NCBI GenBank assembly: GCA_026645775.1
Contig: JAPKMS010000142.1
Location: 1-46,975 of the forward strand
From: Anaerolineae bacterium
Lineage (GTDB): Bacteria > Chloroflexota > Anaerolineae > CG2-30-64-16
Direction of reading: 5' to 3'
DNA: 46,975 bases
In this document: piece after piece, positions 34,544-42,494 of the stretch
Layout of the letters: each line of letters starts with the position of its first letter
Numbering within the stretch: the first letter of the stretch is position 1
The notes under the pieces: generated by a model
Told to the model about the DNA's origin: nothing
The model's database searches: none
Seen by the model: only the letters and a program-made list of their open reading frames with translations
Position numbers and translations under genes: made by a program

Positions 34544-35059
34544 TTAGTTCTGCGCCGGGTAGATGCCCTCGAGGGCGATGATGAAGCTGACGACCTGGAA
34601 AGGCATCATGTTGTCATGCGGCAGGCTGCCACCGGCTGGGCCAATCGCCGCGGGGCTCATTCCGGCGCTGGGCGGGTTCGCGGAGAACTGATTCAGCCCG
34701 GAGGCCGCCCAAATGCCGCCGCCCGGCGCCGGCTGATTCCCTGCCGCGGACTGCGCCTGCGCCGCGTGCGTGTGCGCCGGGAACTGCCCTTGGGTCAGCG
34801 TCACGGTCTCGCTGCCCGCGCTCTGGCCCAACACGTAGCTCGACAGGCCGGGACCCTGACCCGCGTGCACCGGAATCCGGCCGCGCAGGTCAGGCAGGGC
34901 AAAGGTCGACTGCCCGTCACCGCCGTAGGTCGTTCCGATCAGGCTGAAGAGCACATCGTTCTGGGAAATCGCCAGGAGCTGGCCGTGACAAAACGCGAAA
35001 CCGCGCGGCGCGAAATTGCCGCCGAACATGCGGATCTCACCGATAAAGGGTGTACCCAT
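34544..35059 (-). CDS. Tail-collar domain protein 1
   Basis: PFIGEIRMFGGNFAP, LFSLIGTTYGGDG, FALPDLRGR, PAHTH, PHDNMMP, IIALEGIYP. Confidence 0.9.
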   Translation of the reverse strand: MGTPFIGEIRMFGGNFAPRGFAFCHGQLLAISQNDVLFSLIGTTYGGDGQSTFALPDLRGRIPVHAGQGPGLSSYVLGQSAGSETVTLTQGQFPAHTHAAQAQSAAGNQPAPGGGIWAASGLNQFSANPPSAGMSPAAIGPAGGSLPHDNMMPFQVVSFIIALEGIYPAQN

Positions 35060-35161
35060 GTCTAACTCCTTTTCTAACACCAACCCTGTCTCTGCGCGGC
35101 AGGAGCAGAGACGGAAAGGATTAATCCCCCGCTGAACCTTTCCCTCATCCCGGTTCCGGGA

Positions 35162-35470
35162 TCACTCAGGCCGCAGCCGATTAAACACCGCCTCGTACAG
35201 AAATCCATCAGCTTCCTGGCCGACTGGCGCCAGGAACAAGTCGAACCGCCCCAACGCAGGGTGTTCCATCGGGAGCGTGCCCTGGCCCAGGAAGCGCTCC
35301 CGCGGCCCCCGAAAAGTGAGCGCAAACTGCTCCTGGCGATCAGCGGCCCGACCCTCGCGCAGCTCGATCAACGCGATCTCGCACGCCTCACCTTCCGCGC
35401 CAAGCACCCGAAAGTTGCTGTTGAGCTGTGCGGCGAAGTTATCCCTGCTCAACTGTTCTAACACGATCAT
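35162..35470 (-). CDS. DUF6916-like small protein
   Basis: FALTFRGP...LGQGT...HPALG...LFLAPVG...YEAVFN. Start is ATG 35470 or GTG 35464. Confidence 0.78.
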   Translation of the reverse strand: MIVLEQLSRDNFAAQLNSNFRVLGAEGEACEIALIELREGRAADRQEQFALTFRGPRERFLGQGTLPMEHPALGRFDLFLAPVGQEADGFLYEAVFNRLRPE

Positions 35471-36503
35471 CCACCTCTCGATCTTCCGGCAAGCGCCGGT
35501 GAAACGCCAAGGGCTCCCCTGCCCTGCCGAGGCGCACCGCCTCCAGTTCGGCATACAGCGGCCCGAGCTGCTGCTCGGCCAAACCCCGCATCGCAGGCGT
35601 GACTGCGGCCTGCTTGGCCGCGGTGTCGGCTGTGAACAAAAGCGACGGCGCCTTGGCATCGTAAACGGCTGCCCGACGCATCCGATCCAATTCAGCGGCG
35701 TCAAACGTGGCCCCAAAATGGCCGGCGATCTCCGCAAAGACCGCCTCAGGCAACTGCCGATAGTTCACGAACAGCCCGCCATCATCCCGGTGCGCCAGCA
35801 CGCCCTGGCAAATGGTCGCCAACACACGCACAGCATATTCATCGAGTGACAACGCAGCAGTCGCAGTCATGTCCAACCCCATCCAGCCGGGACCCACGAT
35901 GCCGGGCACCATCTGGGCGCCGGGCTGCCGCCGGTGCGACACGAGCACCTCGGCCGGCTCCCGGTACAAGAAGATCCACGGCACGTCCGGATACGCCCGG
36001 CGGATCAGTCCCAAGTCCACCGTGTGCCAGCTATCGAACTTGATAAACAGGCGCTGTTCTTGGGCGGTGCGCGGCCGGCCGAGTGCACTGATCACTCCCT
36101 GCAGCCAGGCGATACGCTGAGCATCGGTGACACTGTGATCCCATAACCCAGCCCGCAGCACGCTTTCGATCACACTGGCTTCCGAAATCATGATATTCGA
36201 CGGGAGCGCCGCCAACATCTGCGAGACCAGGGTCGAGCCGCAGCGTGACATATGAAAGATGAACCCCGTCGGGCGAATTCCGGGGGCAGCCGTCTGCGTG
36301 TCCACCAACGCCTCGATGGGCGTCTGCCGGCGAAAGACCAGGTTGAACGGCCGCTGCAGGCACGAACCGATCGTCTCGTCAAAGAACGGGGCCGTGAAGC
36401 GTGCGCCGTCCAAGAAACACCAATCCACTGCCCAGCGGCCGTCTCGTCGGTAGACACGGATCGGCGCCCAGTCTCGCCACAGGTCGGGGGTCAGGGCAGC
36501 CAT
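35439..36503 (-). CDS. Sulfotransferase-like P-loop protein
   Basis: FIFHMSRCGSTL (5'-PSB-like loop), IKFDSW, LYREPAEVLVS (3'-PB-like). Start overlaps the upstream small ORF. Confidence 0.8.
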   Translation of the reverse strand: MAALTPDLWRDWAPIRVYRRDGRWAVDWCFLDGARFTAPFFDETIGSCLQRPFNLVFRRQTPIEALVDTQTAAPGIRPTGFIFHMSRCGSTLVSQMLAALPSNIMISEASVIESVLRAGLWDHSVTDAQRIAWLQGVISALGRPRTAQEQRLFIKFDSWHTVDLGLIRRAYPDVPWIFLYREPAEVLVSHRRQPGAQMVPGIVGPGWMGLDMTATAALSLDEYAVRVLATICQGVLAHRDDGGLFVNYRQLPEAVFAEIAGHFGATFDAAELDRMRRAAVYDAKAPSLLFTADTAAKQAAVTPAMRGLAEQQLGPLYAELEAVRLGRAGEPLAFHRRLPEDREVDDRVRTVEQG

Positions 36504-36727
36504 CGCTCGATCCACGTGCGCTTCCCGGCCTGCATGGCCTGCCGGACGTCTTCGGCCGCAAAGCTACATCCGTGGGACTCGCCGAGCGCCACAGTCAGCG
36601 CCACGAACGCCTCACGCTCCGTCTCAGCCCACAGTTGGCCCTGGAGCGCCGCGTCCGTCATGACCAGCCGCCGAAAACCCGTAAGCGCATCACCGGCCTC
36701 CGCCGCGGGTGTGAGCAGGTCAACCAT
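36491..36727 (-). CDS. Small Nif11-leader-like protein (78 aa)
   Basis: LTGFRRLVMTDAALQGQL...FVAL...GESHGCSFAAEDV matches the F..V..D..LQ..L...G..F...E/D pattern. Overlaps both neighbours. Confidence 0.65.
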   Translation of the reverse strand: MVDLLTPAAEAGDALTGFRRLVMTDAALQGQLWAETEREAFVALTVALGESHGCSFAAEDVRQAMQAGKRTWIERWLP

Positions 36728-37301
36728 CTGACCCGACCCCCTGCGACTCCAACTGGAAGAATTGCGTCAGCCACTCATTGACCACACAATCGATCACCAG
36801 ATGGGTCCGGTCGATTCGGCTGCGGTTCTCGACCCGATGCGGGAGGTTGACGTTGAGATACCAGCACTCGCCCACCGCCAGCGGGATACGGTCTCCGGCC
36901 AGGAAAAAGGCCACGTCTTGATCTGTCACGATGGGCACGTGGATCCGGACCTCGCCATCCTCGTAGCCCAGCCGATAGTCGCGGTGCTCGGCGATGCTCG
37001 ACCCGGCCTGGAGTCGCAGCAGACGCACCGAAGTCAGCAGGCACTGGAAGGTTGCCAGAACTTCCTGGTAATACGGACAGCGTCCCAACGTCTCGGTGTC
37101 GGCGAAACGATCGGTGGCCGTCGGATCGGGATAGAGCTGCATCGCCTTGCCGCCGACCGAGCGCAGGGCCACGCCGCTCCAATCGCCCTCATAAATGCTT
37201 TTGTTGAAGTGCGGAACCCATTCCTCTGCCGCGATGCGGCCCAGATCGGCCGTGAGACGGGCCGGATCAAAACGGAAGGGTAACTTGAGACTTGTGACCA
37301 T
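36720..37301 (-). CDS. Aspartyl/asparaginyl beta-hydroxylase domain protein (Fe/2OG)
   Basis: SVRLLRL, IAEHRD (HxD), RIHVPI, GECWY, LPHRVEN, RTHLVID. Its ATG overlaps the GNAT stop. Confidence 0.85.
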   Translation of the reverse strand: MVTSLKLPFRFDPARLTADLGRIAAEEWVPHFNKSIYEGDWSGVALRSVGGKAMQLYPDPTATDRFADTETLGRCPYYQEVLATFQCLLTSVRLLRLQAGSSIAEHRDYRLGYEDGEVRIHVPIVTDQDVAFFLAGDRIPLAVGECWYLNVNLPHRVENRSRIDRTHLVIDCVVNEWLTQFFQLESQGVGSDG

Positions 37302-37822
37302 CAGCGCTGCTCCTGTGTCACAGGGACTGTGACAGTAGGTGTCATACCCTGTGCGGTGCTCGGACGCCACGCCATCTCCAGGTAGATGTCGTCACCCGCC
37401 GTTTGCGCGAATTCCAACCGCTCGTACAGGCGCCGCGCCCGGTTGGCTTGATCCACGTGCAGCACGACCGGCCTGCCGGCCTGAGCCGCCTCAACCTGGA
37501 GCGCGCGGATCAACACCGTGCCGAGGCCAGCGTTCCGATGTTCCGGCAGCAGGCTGATGTCAACCAGGTGCAGCGCCTCCGCGGAGCGATCCACGATCAG
37601 GCGGCCGGCATCAACAGCTTCGCGCTGGATAATATACTGGTCTGCGCCCGGAAACTGCGCCAGATAAGAGCGGCGTTGCGCCTGATACTGCAGCTCCAAA
37701 AACGCTTGCTGCTGCGTCCCATCCCAGGCCATCATGCCCAACACCTCTGCGCGCGTGCTGGCGAACACCTGGCGCAAAAAACTGTCGTCCTGCGCAGTAG
37801 CGGGTCGCAACTTGGCTGACAC
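37301..37822 (-). CDS. GNAT family N-acetyltransferase
   Basis: LRPAT, VDISLLPEHRNAGLGT (acetyl-CoA motif A), LHV, NRARRLYERLEF. GTG 37822 follows GAAGGTG; the ORF is open to 37879. Confidence 0.85.
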   Translation of the reverse strand: MSAKLRPATAQDDSFLRQVFASTRAEVLGMMAWDGTQQQAFLELQYQAQRRSYLAQFPGADQYIIQREAVDAGRLIVDRSAEALHLVDISLLPEHRNAGLGTVLIRALQVEAAQAGRPVVLHVDQANRARRLYERLEFAQTAGDDIYLEMAWRPSTAQGMTPTVTVPVTQEQR

Positions 37823-38312
37823 GTACACCTTCGGCTGGCCTCTCAGATTCTCGACGGGCCCCGATCCGGGGTATGCCACTTCCGGCCATCCTGTGACTTG
37901 ACGGTAAACGCATGATCCTAAACCACTCTCGTGGCAGTCATTTCGCCGTCCCGTTCAACAATCTTATAGCGATCAATTATAAATCAAACACTGTACAAAT
38001 GCAGTCTACGCCCCACGGAGCATTCATACTGTAAGAACAGCTACAAGAACACATTTCACGATCAATTGCGCGGCAGGATAAGGCGCGAAGCGGTCCCCTG
38101 GTGGGGCGTTCGGCATGAGGCTCGCCATTTCGGGCCGCTGATTGCAGGACCGGTGAAGGAGAGACTATCAGGGAGGCAGATCAGCGGCCCAGGCGAAAGT
38201 CCTAAACCGTAGTCAGGCCCGATCGGAATACACGCCGCGTGCCCCGATGACTTCGCTGCATCCGCCATCCCGTGGTAAACTGGCGCATCACACCCAAACG
38301 AGGAACCCGATT

Positions 38313-39449
38313 GTGACTGATAACAAACGCTTGCATTCCTATCTGCGCGACCACGCACCTGACATGGTTGCGCTGCTGACACGGCTCGTCGAAATGGAGT
38401 CGCCCAGCGACCACAAACCGTCGCTCGACCGGCTGGCCGGGGCCCTGGCCACTGAGGCGCTCAGCCTTGGCGCAGAGGTCGCCGTGCTGGCGCGCGAGAC
38501 GGCCGGCGACATCGTGCGCGCCCGCTGGGGCGACGCCGCGGGCGGCACGCTGCTTCTTTGCCACATGGACACCGTCTGGGAGCTGGGGACGCTGGCCACC
38601 CGGCCCGTGCGGATCGAGGATGGCCGGCTCTACGGGCCGGGCGCGTTCGATATGAAGGGCGGGATCGTCAACGCATTGTGGGCGGTGCGGGCGCTGCGCG
38701 AGCTGGGCCTGATGCCATTGCGGCGGATCACCCTGCTGATCACCAGCGATGAGGAGACGGGCAGCCAGGCCTCACGCGCACTGATTGAGGCCGAGGCGGT
38801 GGCCCATGAGGCGGTCTATGTCCTGGAGCCGGCTTATCCCCCGCTCGGCGCGCTCAAAACCTGGCGCAAGGGCACGGGAGAGTACACCGTCACCGTGACC
38901 GGCCGCGCGGCGCACGCGGGCGCGGCGCCCGAGCAGGGAATCAACGCCATCGTGGAGCTGGCCCAGCAGATCCCGACAATTGCGGCGCTCACCGACTACG
39001 CCACCGGCACCACCGTGAACGTGGGTGTGATCAGCGGTGGATCGCGCAGTAACGTCGTGCCCGACCGAGCGTGGGCCGAGGTGGATGTACGAACGATGAA
39101 TGCGGCCGAGGCTGCCCGGATTGATGCAGCGCTCCGGGGCCTGACACCGCGCCTGCCCGGCGCGCAGATAACGGTCGGTGGCGGCGCAAACCGGCCGCCC
39201 ATGCCCCGCTCCGAGGCGACGTTGGCGCTCTATGCTCGGGCCAAGGCTGCGGCGGATGAGCTCGGCCTGCCCCTCTCGGAGACCGGCACCGGCGGTGGAT
39301 CGGATGGCAATTTCACCGCCGCGCTGGGCGTGCCGACGCTGGATGGCCTGGGGGTGACCGGGGATGGCGCGCACGCGCTGCACGAGCATGTGGAGCTCGC
39401 ATCGCTGCCGGAGCGGGCCGCGCTCCTGGCGGCCCTGCTGCGGAGCTGA
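38313..39449 (+). CDS. M20 family metallopeptidase (carboxypeptidase G2-like)
   Basis: ESPS, CHMDTV, GPGAFDMKGG, DEETGS, GRAAHAG, GGGSDGN, GAHALHE. Confidence 0.9.
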   Translation: MTDNKRLHSYLRDHAPDMVALLTRLVEMESPSDHKPSLDRLAGALATEALSLGAEVAVLARETAGDIVRARWGDAAGGTLLLCHMDTVWELGTLATRPVRIEDGRLYGPGAFDMKGGIVNALWAVRALRELGLMPLRRITLLITSDEETGSQASRALIEAEAVAHEAVYVLEPAYPPLGALKTWRKGTGEYTVTVTGRAAHAGAAPEQGINAIVELAQQIPTIAALTDYATGTTVNVGVISGGSRSNVVPDRAWAEVDVRTMNAAEAARIDAALRGLTPRLPGAQITVGGGANRPPMPRSEATLALYARAKAAADELGLPLSETGTGGGSDGNFTAALGVPTLDGLGVTGDGAHALHEHVELASLPERAALLAALLRS

Positions 39450-39457
39450 TGCCGGCA

Positions 39458-41698
39458 TCACGCCTTGCTTTTCGTGGCCAGCCGGCTCTGTAGCGCCTTG
39501 AGGATGTCCGCGAGGGACTTGACGTCGACCTCACTCCAGCGGCCGTCAAAGAACTGCTCCGGCCCAAGCGCCACCCGGCTCATCCACCACTGTGCGTTGA
39601 ACTCGCGCTGCGGAAACTCCGCGTAGCAGATGCGCCCCGGGCCCGGCTGGCCGAATCCGACGTTCTTCGGGTTGTAGTAGTAGATGCCGTCGCAGCCGAA
39701 CAGGAACCAACCTTGCCATAACGCCGCCATCGAGGCCGTGACCAGCCCCAGGACGCGCTCCGCGGCCGGCACATCGCAGAGTTCCCGGGCCTGGGCCAGC
39801 TTGTCCGCTGGGATGTTCGGATCCAGGTACAAGCGCCCCTGTTTGAAGCTTTTGAGGAGATCGCGGATCTCATCTGGGGCCAGCAGCGTCCCGGAGGCCG
39901 CGTCGGGCGCCAGTGGCCGCGCCGGCAGGATCTCCAGTGTGCCTTCAGCCTGGACCGTGATGCGTTGGCCGTTGCTCGCCAGCGCCTCCACCGAGACCGT
40001 CTCGGAGATCAGCCCCGGAAACGCGTACGCGGCCTCGAAGGACACGGTCCGCTCCTCGCCGCAGGCCAGGGAGACCGGCCCGAGCAGGCTCGCGGCGCCG
40101 CGCCTGGCTTTGACCTCCTTCAGGGCGGCATCTCCATCGTTTTTGATGCGTACGTGCCACGTTGCTGGGCTACCTGCGTCGATGGCGCCGGGCCTGGCCG
40201 ACAGCTTGACGGCCAGATGGGGGTGAATCGGGGGGCGCGGCGCGGGCTCAGCAGGCGCCTTTGCAGGCTCTGATTTTCGGTGCGACAGGGCCGTCTGGCT
40301 GTCTGCCGCGGCCGGCTTCCCCCCGCCGGTGGATGCGACGCCGGCCACCGGGGCAGAAGTCTTCGTGCCGCCGCCCTTGGCGCCTGCTGGCCGAGGCCGC
40401 CGCTTAGCGGGTGCAGCAGCCTCGGCGGCCGGCTTGGCCTTGACGGGTTCCTGGTCGACAGGCGCTTCGGCAGGCGCGGCCTTCAGCGCCGCCTGGCGCA
40501 CCGGCGGCTCGGCCTCAACCGGCTCCGGCCGTGGGGCCCTTTCGACTGGGGCCGGCGCCGGAACGACTTCGAAGACGCGGCCTTGCGGCACGCGCATGAA
40601 CAGCACCGGTGTGGCCCACTCGAAGCCACGCGCATCTTGCATCCGCACAGCTCTCCGCCCTTCAGCGACCGCCGCATCCACCGGATTATCCCGGGCCAGC
40701 AACGGGTAAAAACGCTGCGCAAACGTGATCGCCGCCGCATCCGAGATGGGAAACTGCATGGCTACGACGGCAGGAACCCCGGCCAGCACCATCGCCGTGG
40801 CGACGCCGGCAAAGGGGTTGAGCCCTTGCCCCTGGGCCGATTGCGCTGTCCGGCAGGCGTTCAGGAACACCAGGCCCAACTTCGCGTCCCGCAGCAGGAT
40901 TCCCAGCGTTTCGCCATCGACCCGCTGGGCCTGGCCGTGCTGGTCTTCCAGCAATATGACCCCGCGGCCGGTCTCCTGATCGAAATCGCCATGGCCCATG
41001 AAGTGCAGGATATGATACGGCTTCTCGACCAGGCGGTCCTGCAACTCCTGGATCGCGGCGCGCTGAATGAACTCCACCTCGACATTGTCCTGTTTGGCCC
41101 AACTGTCCTGGATCAACTTGCGCTCCCGGTCGAGGTCGAGCGGATCATAGCCGGGCGGGCTGGCAATCACCACCAGGACGCGCAGGGGCAGTTCCAGTGG
41201 CACCGGATTGTCGGGCTGCTGAACGTTCAAGTAGCGGATGATAGGGGTTAATCTGGAGAGGCTCAAAAACTCGCTGGTGTGCCTGTAGTGGAGCAGTTCC
41301 CAGGGCAGGTTGGCCAATAATCTCAGGCTGGGCTCAGTCGGGTCGATGTGCAGCTTGATCCGCAGCCCGCGGCGCCCGGGACGCTCGTCACGCCACCCAA
41401 AGCTCCGCTCCAACAGCGAGCGCACGGAACCCGAAAAAAGAGCATCGAAGAGCTGATCTCCGGCATCCTCGGCCTGCGGCCCCGCGGCAGCCGGCGGCGC
41501 GGGTGCGATCGTGGGCTGTGCGCCGCGCACGACCTGGCCCAGATCCACCAACAGCGGCCCGATCGCCTCGGGGTCGAACGGCAGGCGGAATGTCGAGCGG
41601 CCTTCGCCGGCCGGGGATTGCAGCACCAGCGCCGTATACCCCCCATCCTCGTCCGGTTCGATCTTCAGCGAGAAATCACGGTACTCGACTTCGATCAT
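39458..41698 (-). CDS. CHAT (caspase-like) domain protein with Pro/Ala linker, Ig-like and unknown C-terminal domains
   Basis: LPWELL, LRVLVVIASP, HFMGHG, FLNAC, AVVAMQFPISD, WATPVLF. Confidence 0.85.
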   Translation of the reverse strand: MIEVEYRDFSLKIEPDEDGGYTALVLQSPAGEGRSTFRLPFDPEAIGPLLVDLGQVVRGAQPTIAPAPPAAAGPQAEDAGDQLFDALFSGSVRSLLERSFGWRDERPGRRGLRIKLHIDPTEPSLRLLANLPWELLHYRHTSEFLSLSRLTPIIRYLNVQQPDNPVPLELPLRVLVVIASPPGYDPLDLDRERKLIQDSWAKQDNVEVEFIQRAAIQELQDRLVEKPYHILHFMGHGDFDQETGRGVILLEDQHGQAQRVDGETLGILLRDAKLGLVFLNACRTAQSAQGQGLNPFAGVATAMVLAGVPAVVAMQFPISDAAAITFAQRFYPLLARDNPVDAAVAEGRRAVRMQDARGFEWATPVLFMRVPQGRVFEVVPAPAPVERAPRPEPVEAEPPVRQAALKAAPAEAPVDQEPVKAKPAAEAAAPAKRRPRPAGAKGGGTKTSAPVAGVASTGGGKPAAADSQTALSHRKSEPAKAPAEPAPRPPIHPHLAVKLSARPGAIDAGSPATWHVRIKNDGDAALKEVKARRGAASLLGPVSLACGEERTVSFEAAYAFPGLISETVSVEALASNGQRITVQAEGTLEILPARPLAPDAASGTLLAPDEIRDLLKSFKQGRLYLDPNIPADKLAQARELCDVPAAERVLGLVTASMAALWQGWFLFGCDGIYYYNPKNVGFGQPGPGRICYAEFPQREFNAQWWMSRVALGPEQFFDGRWSEVDVKSLADILKALQSRLATKSKA

Positions 41699-41723
41699 CG
41701 TGTTCCCCCTTAATGCACCACAC

Positions 41724-41736
41724 TGCCATTATACCA
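41724..41736 (-). promoter_or_regulatory. Putative extended -10 promoter for the CHAT gene
   Basis: Minus strand TGGTATAAT (TATAAT at 41733-41728), about 30 nt before the ATG. No clear -35. Confidence 0.5.
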
Positions 41737-41750
41737 GATCGCGAAGACAA

Positions 41751-41783
41751 CAAAAACGGGAGAGCAGTATCTGCCCTCCCGTT
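41751..41783 (-). terminator. Intrinsic terminator after the zinc-ribbon gene
   Basis: Minus strand AACGGGAGGGCAG-ATA-CTGCTCTCCCGTT followed by TTTG. Confidence 0.7.
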
Positions 41784-41822
41784 CATTACCATATTCCTAG
41801 GGGAAGATGGTTCTAGACGACT

Positions 41823-42239
41823 TTACCAGTCGCTGCGGCCGCCGCGGCTGCCGCGATCACGGCTGCTGCTGCCGCCGCTGGAACGACCGCCGCCGTAGCC
41901 ACCGCTGCCGCCGCTGGAGCGACCGCCACCGTAGCCACCGCTCGTGCCGGCCGGGCGCTGGGACTTGAAGCAATCGGAGCAGTAGACCGGCTTGTCACCG
42001 CGCGGCTGGAACGGAACTTCGGTTTCCTTGCCACACTGCGCGCACACGGCCGGGTACATCTGGCGATCGCCACGATCGGCGAAACCGCCGGCCCCGCGGC
42101 TGGCCTTGCGGGCCGCGCGGCAGCTCGGGCAACGGGTCGGTTCGTTGGTGAAACCCTTCTGGGCGTAGAATTCTTGTTCGCCGGTGGTGAAGACGAACTC
42201 ATTACCACAATCTACGCAAACGATAGTCTTGTCTTGCAT
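41823..42239 (-). CDS. Zinc-ribbon / CxxC-x17-CxxC domain protein with Gly/Ser/Arg-rich tail
   Basis: MQDKTIVCVDCGNEFVFTTGEQEFY...PTRCPSCR; AVCAQCG...VPFQP...VYCSDCF. RBS GAGGAG. A 36-bp duplication at 41868-41939 encodes GGYGGGRSSGGS x2. Confidence 0.9.
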   Translation of the reverse strand: MQDKTIVCVDCGNEFVFTTGEQEFYAQKGFTNEPTRCPSCRAARKASRGAGGFADRGDRQMYPAVCAQCGKETEVPFQPRGDKPVYCSDCFKSQRPAGTSGGYGGGRSSGGSGGYGGGRSSGGSSSRDRGSRGGRSDW

Positions 42240-42394
42240 GGTGAATAGACTCCTCTGAACTGAAACTGAAAGAAATGAGATAGTTATTGGGTCGATCCGT
42301 TTGCGCGAGTCTGGTAGGGGGGCACAAGCCTCAAGGGAACTACAGAGAAGTCCCACCCGGTTCCACCGAGCCACGGAAAGCAACAACGAATTAG

Positions 42395-42423
42395 AATGTA
42401 CCACCATTCTGAAAAAAGCGCAA
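42395..42423 (-). promoter_or_regulatory. Putative promoter for the zinc-ribbon gene
   Basis: Minus strand TTGCGC, 17 bp, TACATT with an extended TG. Confidence 0.5.
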
Positions 42424-42459
42424 ATCTACCATAATAATCTTTACGCCGTAGCTTCTGGG

Positions 42460-42488
42460 TTGCGGGCACGCCGCGGGTGTGGTATAAA
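42460..42488 (+). promoter_or_regulatory. Putative promoter for the helicase pair
   Basis: TTGCGG, 17 bp, TATAAA with an extended TG. Confidence 0.55.
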
Positions 42489-42494
42489 ATGGCC

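Noticed and set aside
33339-35059. Prophage, tailocin or contractile injection system call from the tail-collar genes
   Set aside because: No integrase, terminase, portal, capsid, tube, sheath, baseplate or lysis genes. Neighbours are modification enzymes and a surface protein.
38090-38250. 6S RNA or c-di-GMP/c-di-AMP riboswitch assignment
   Set aside because: Only fragmentary resemblance; the conserved closing stem and aptamer motifs were not found. Kept only as an unassigned structure.
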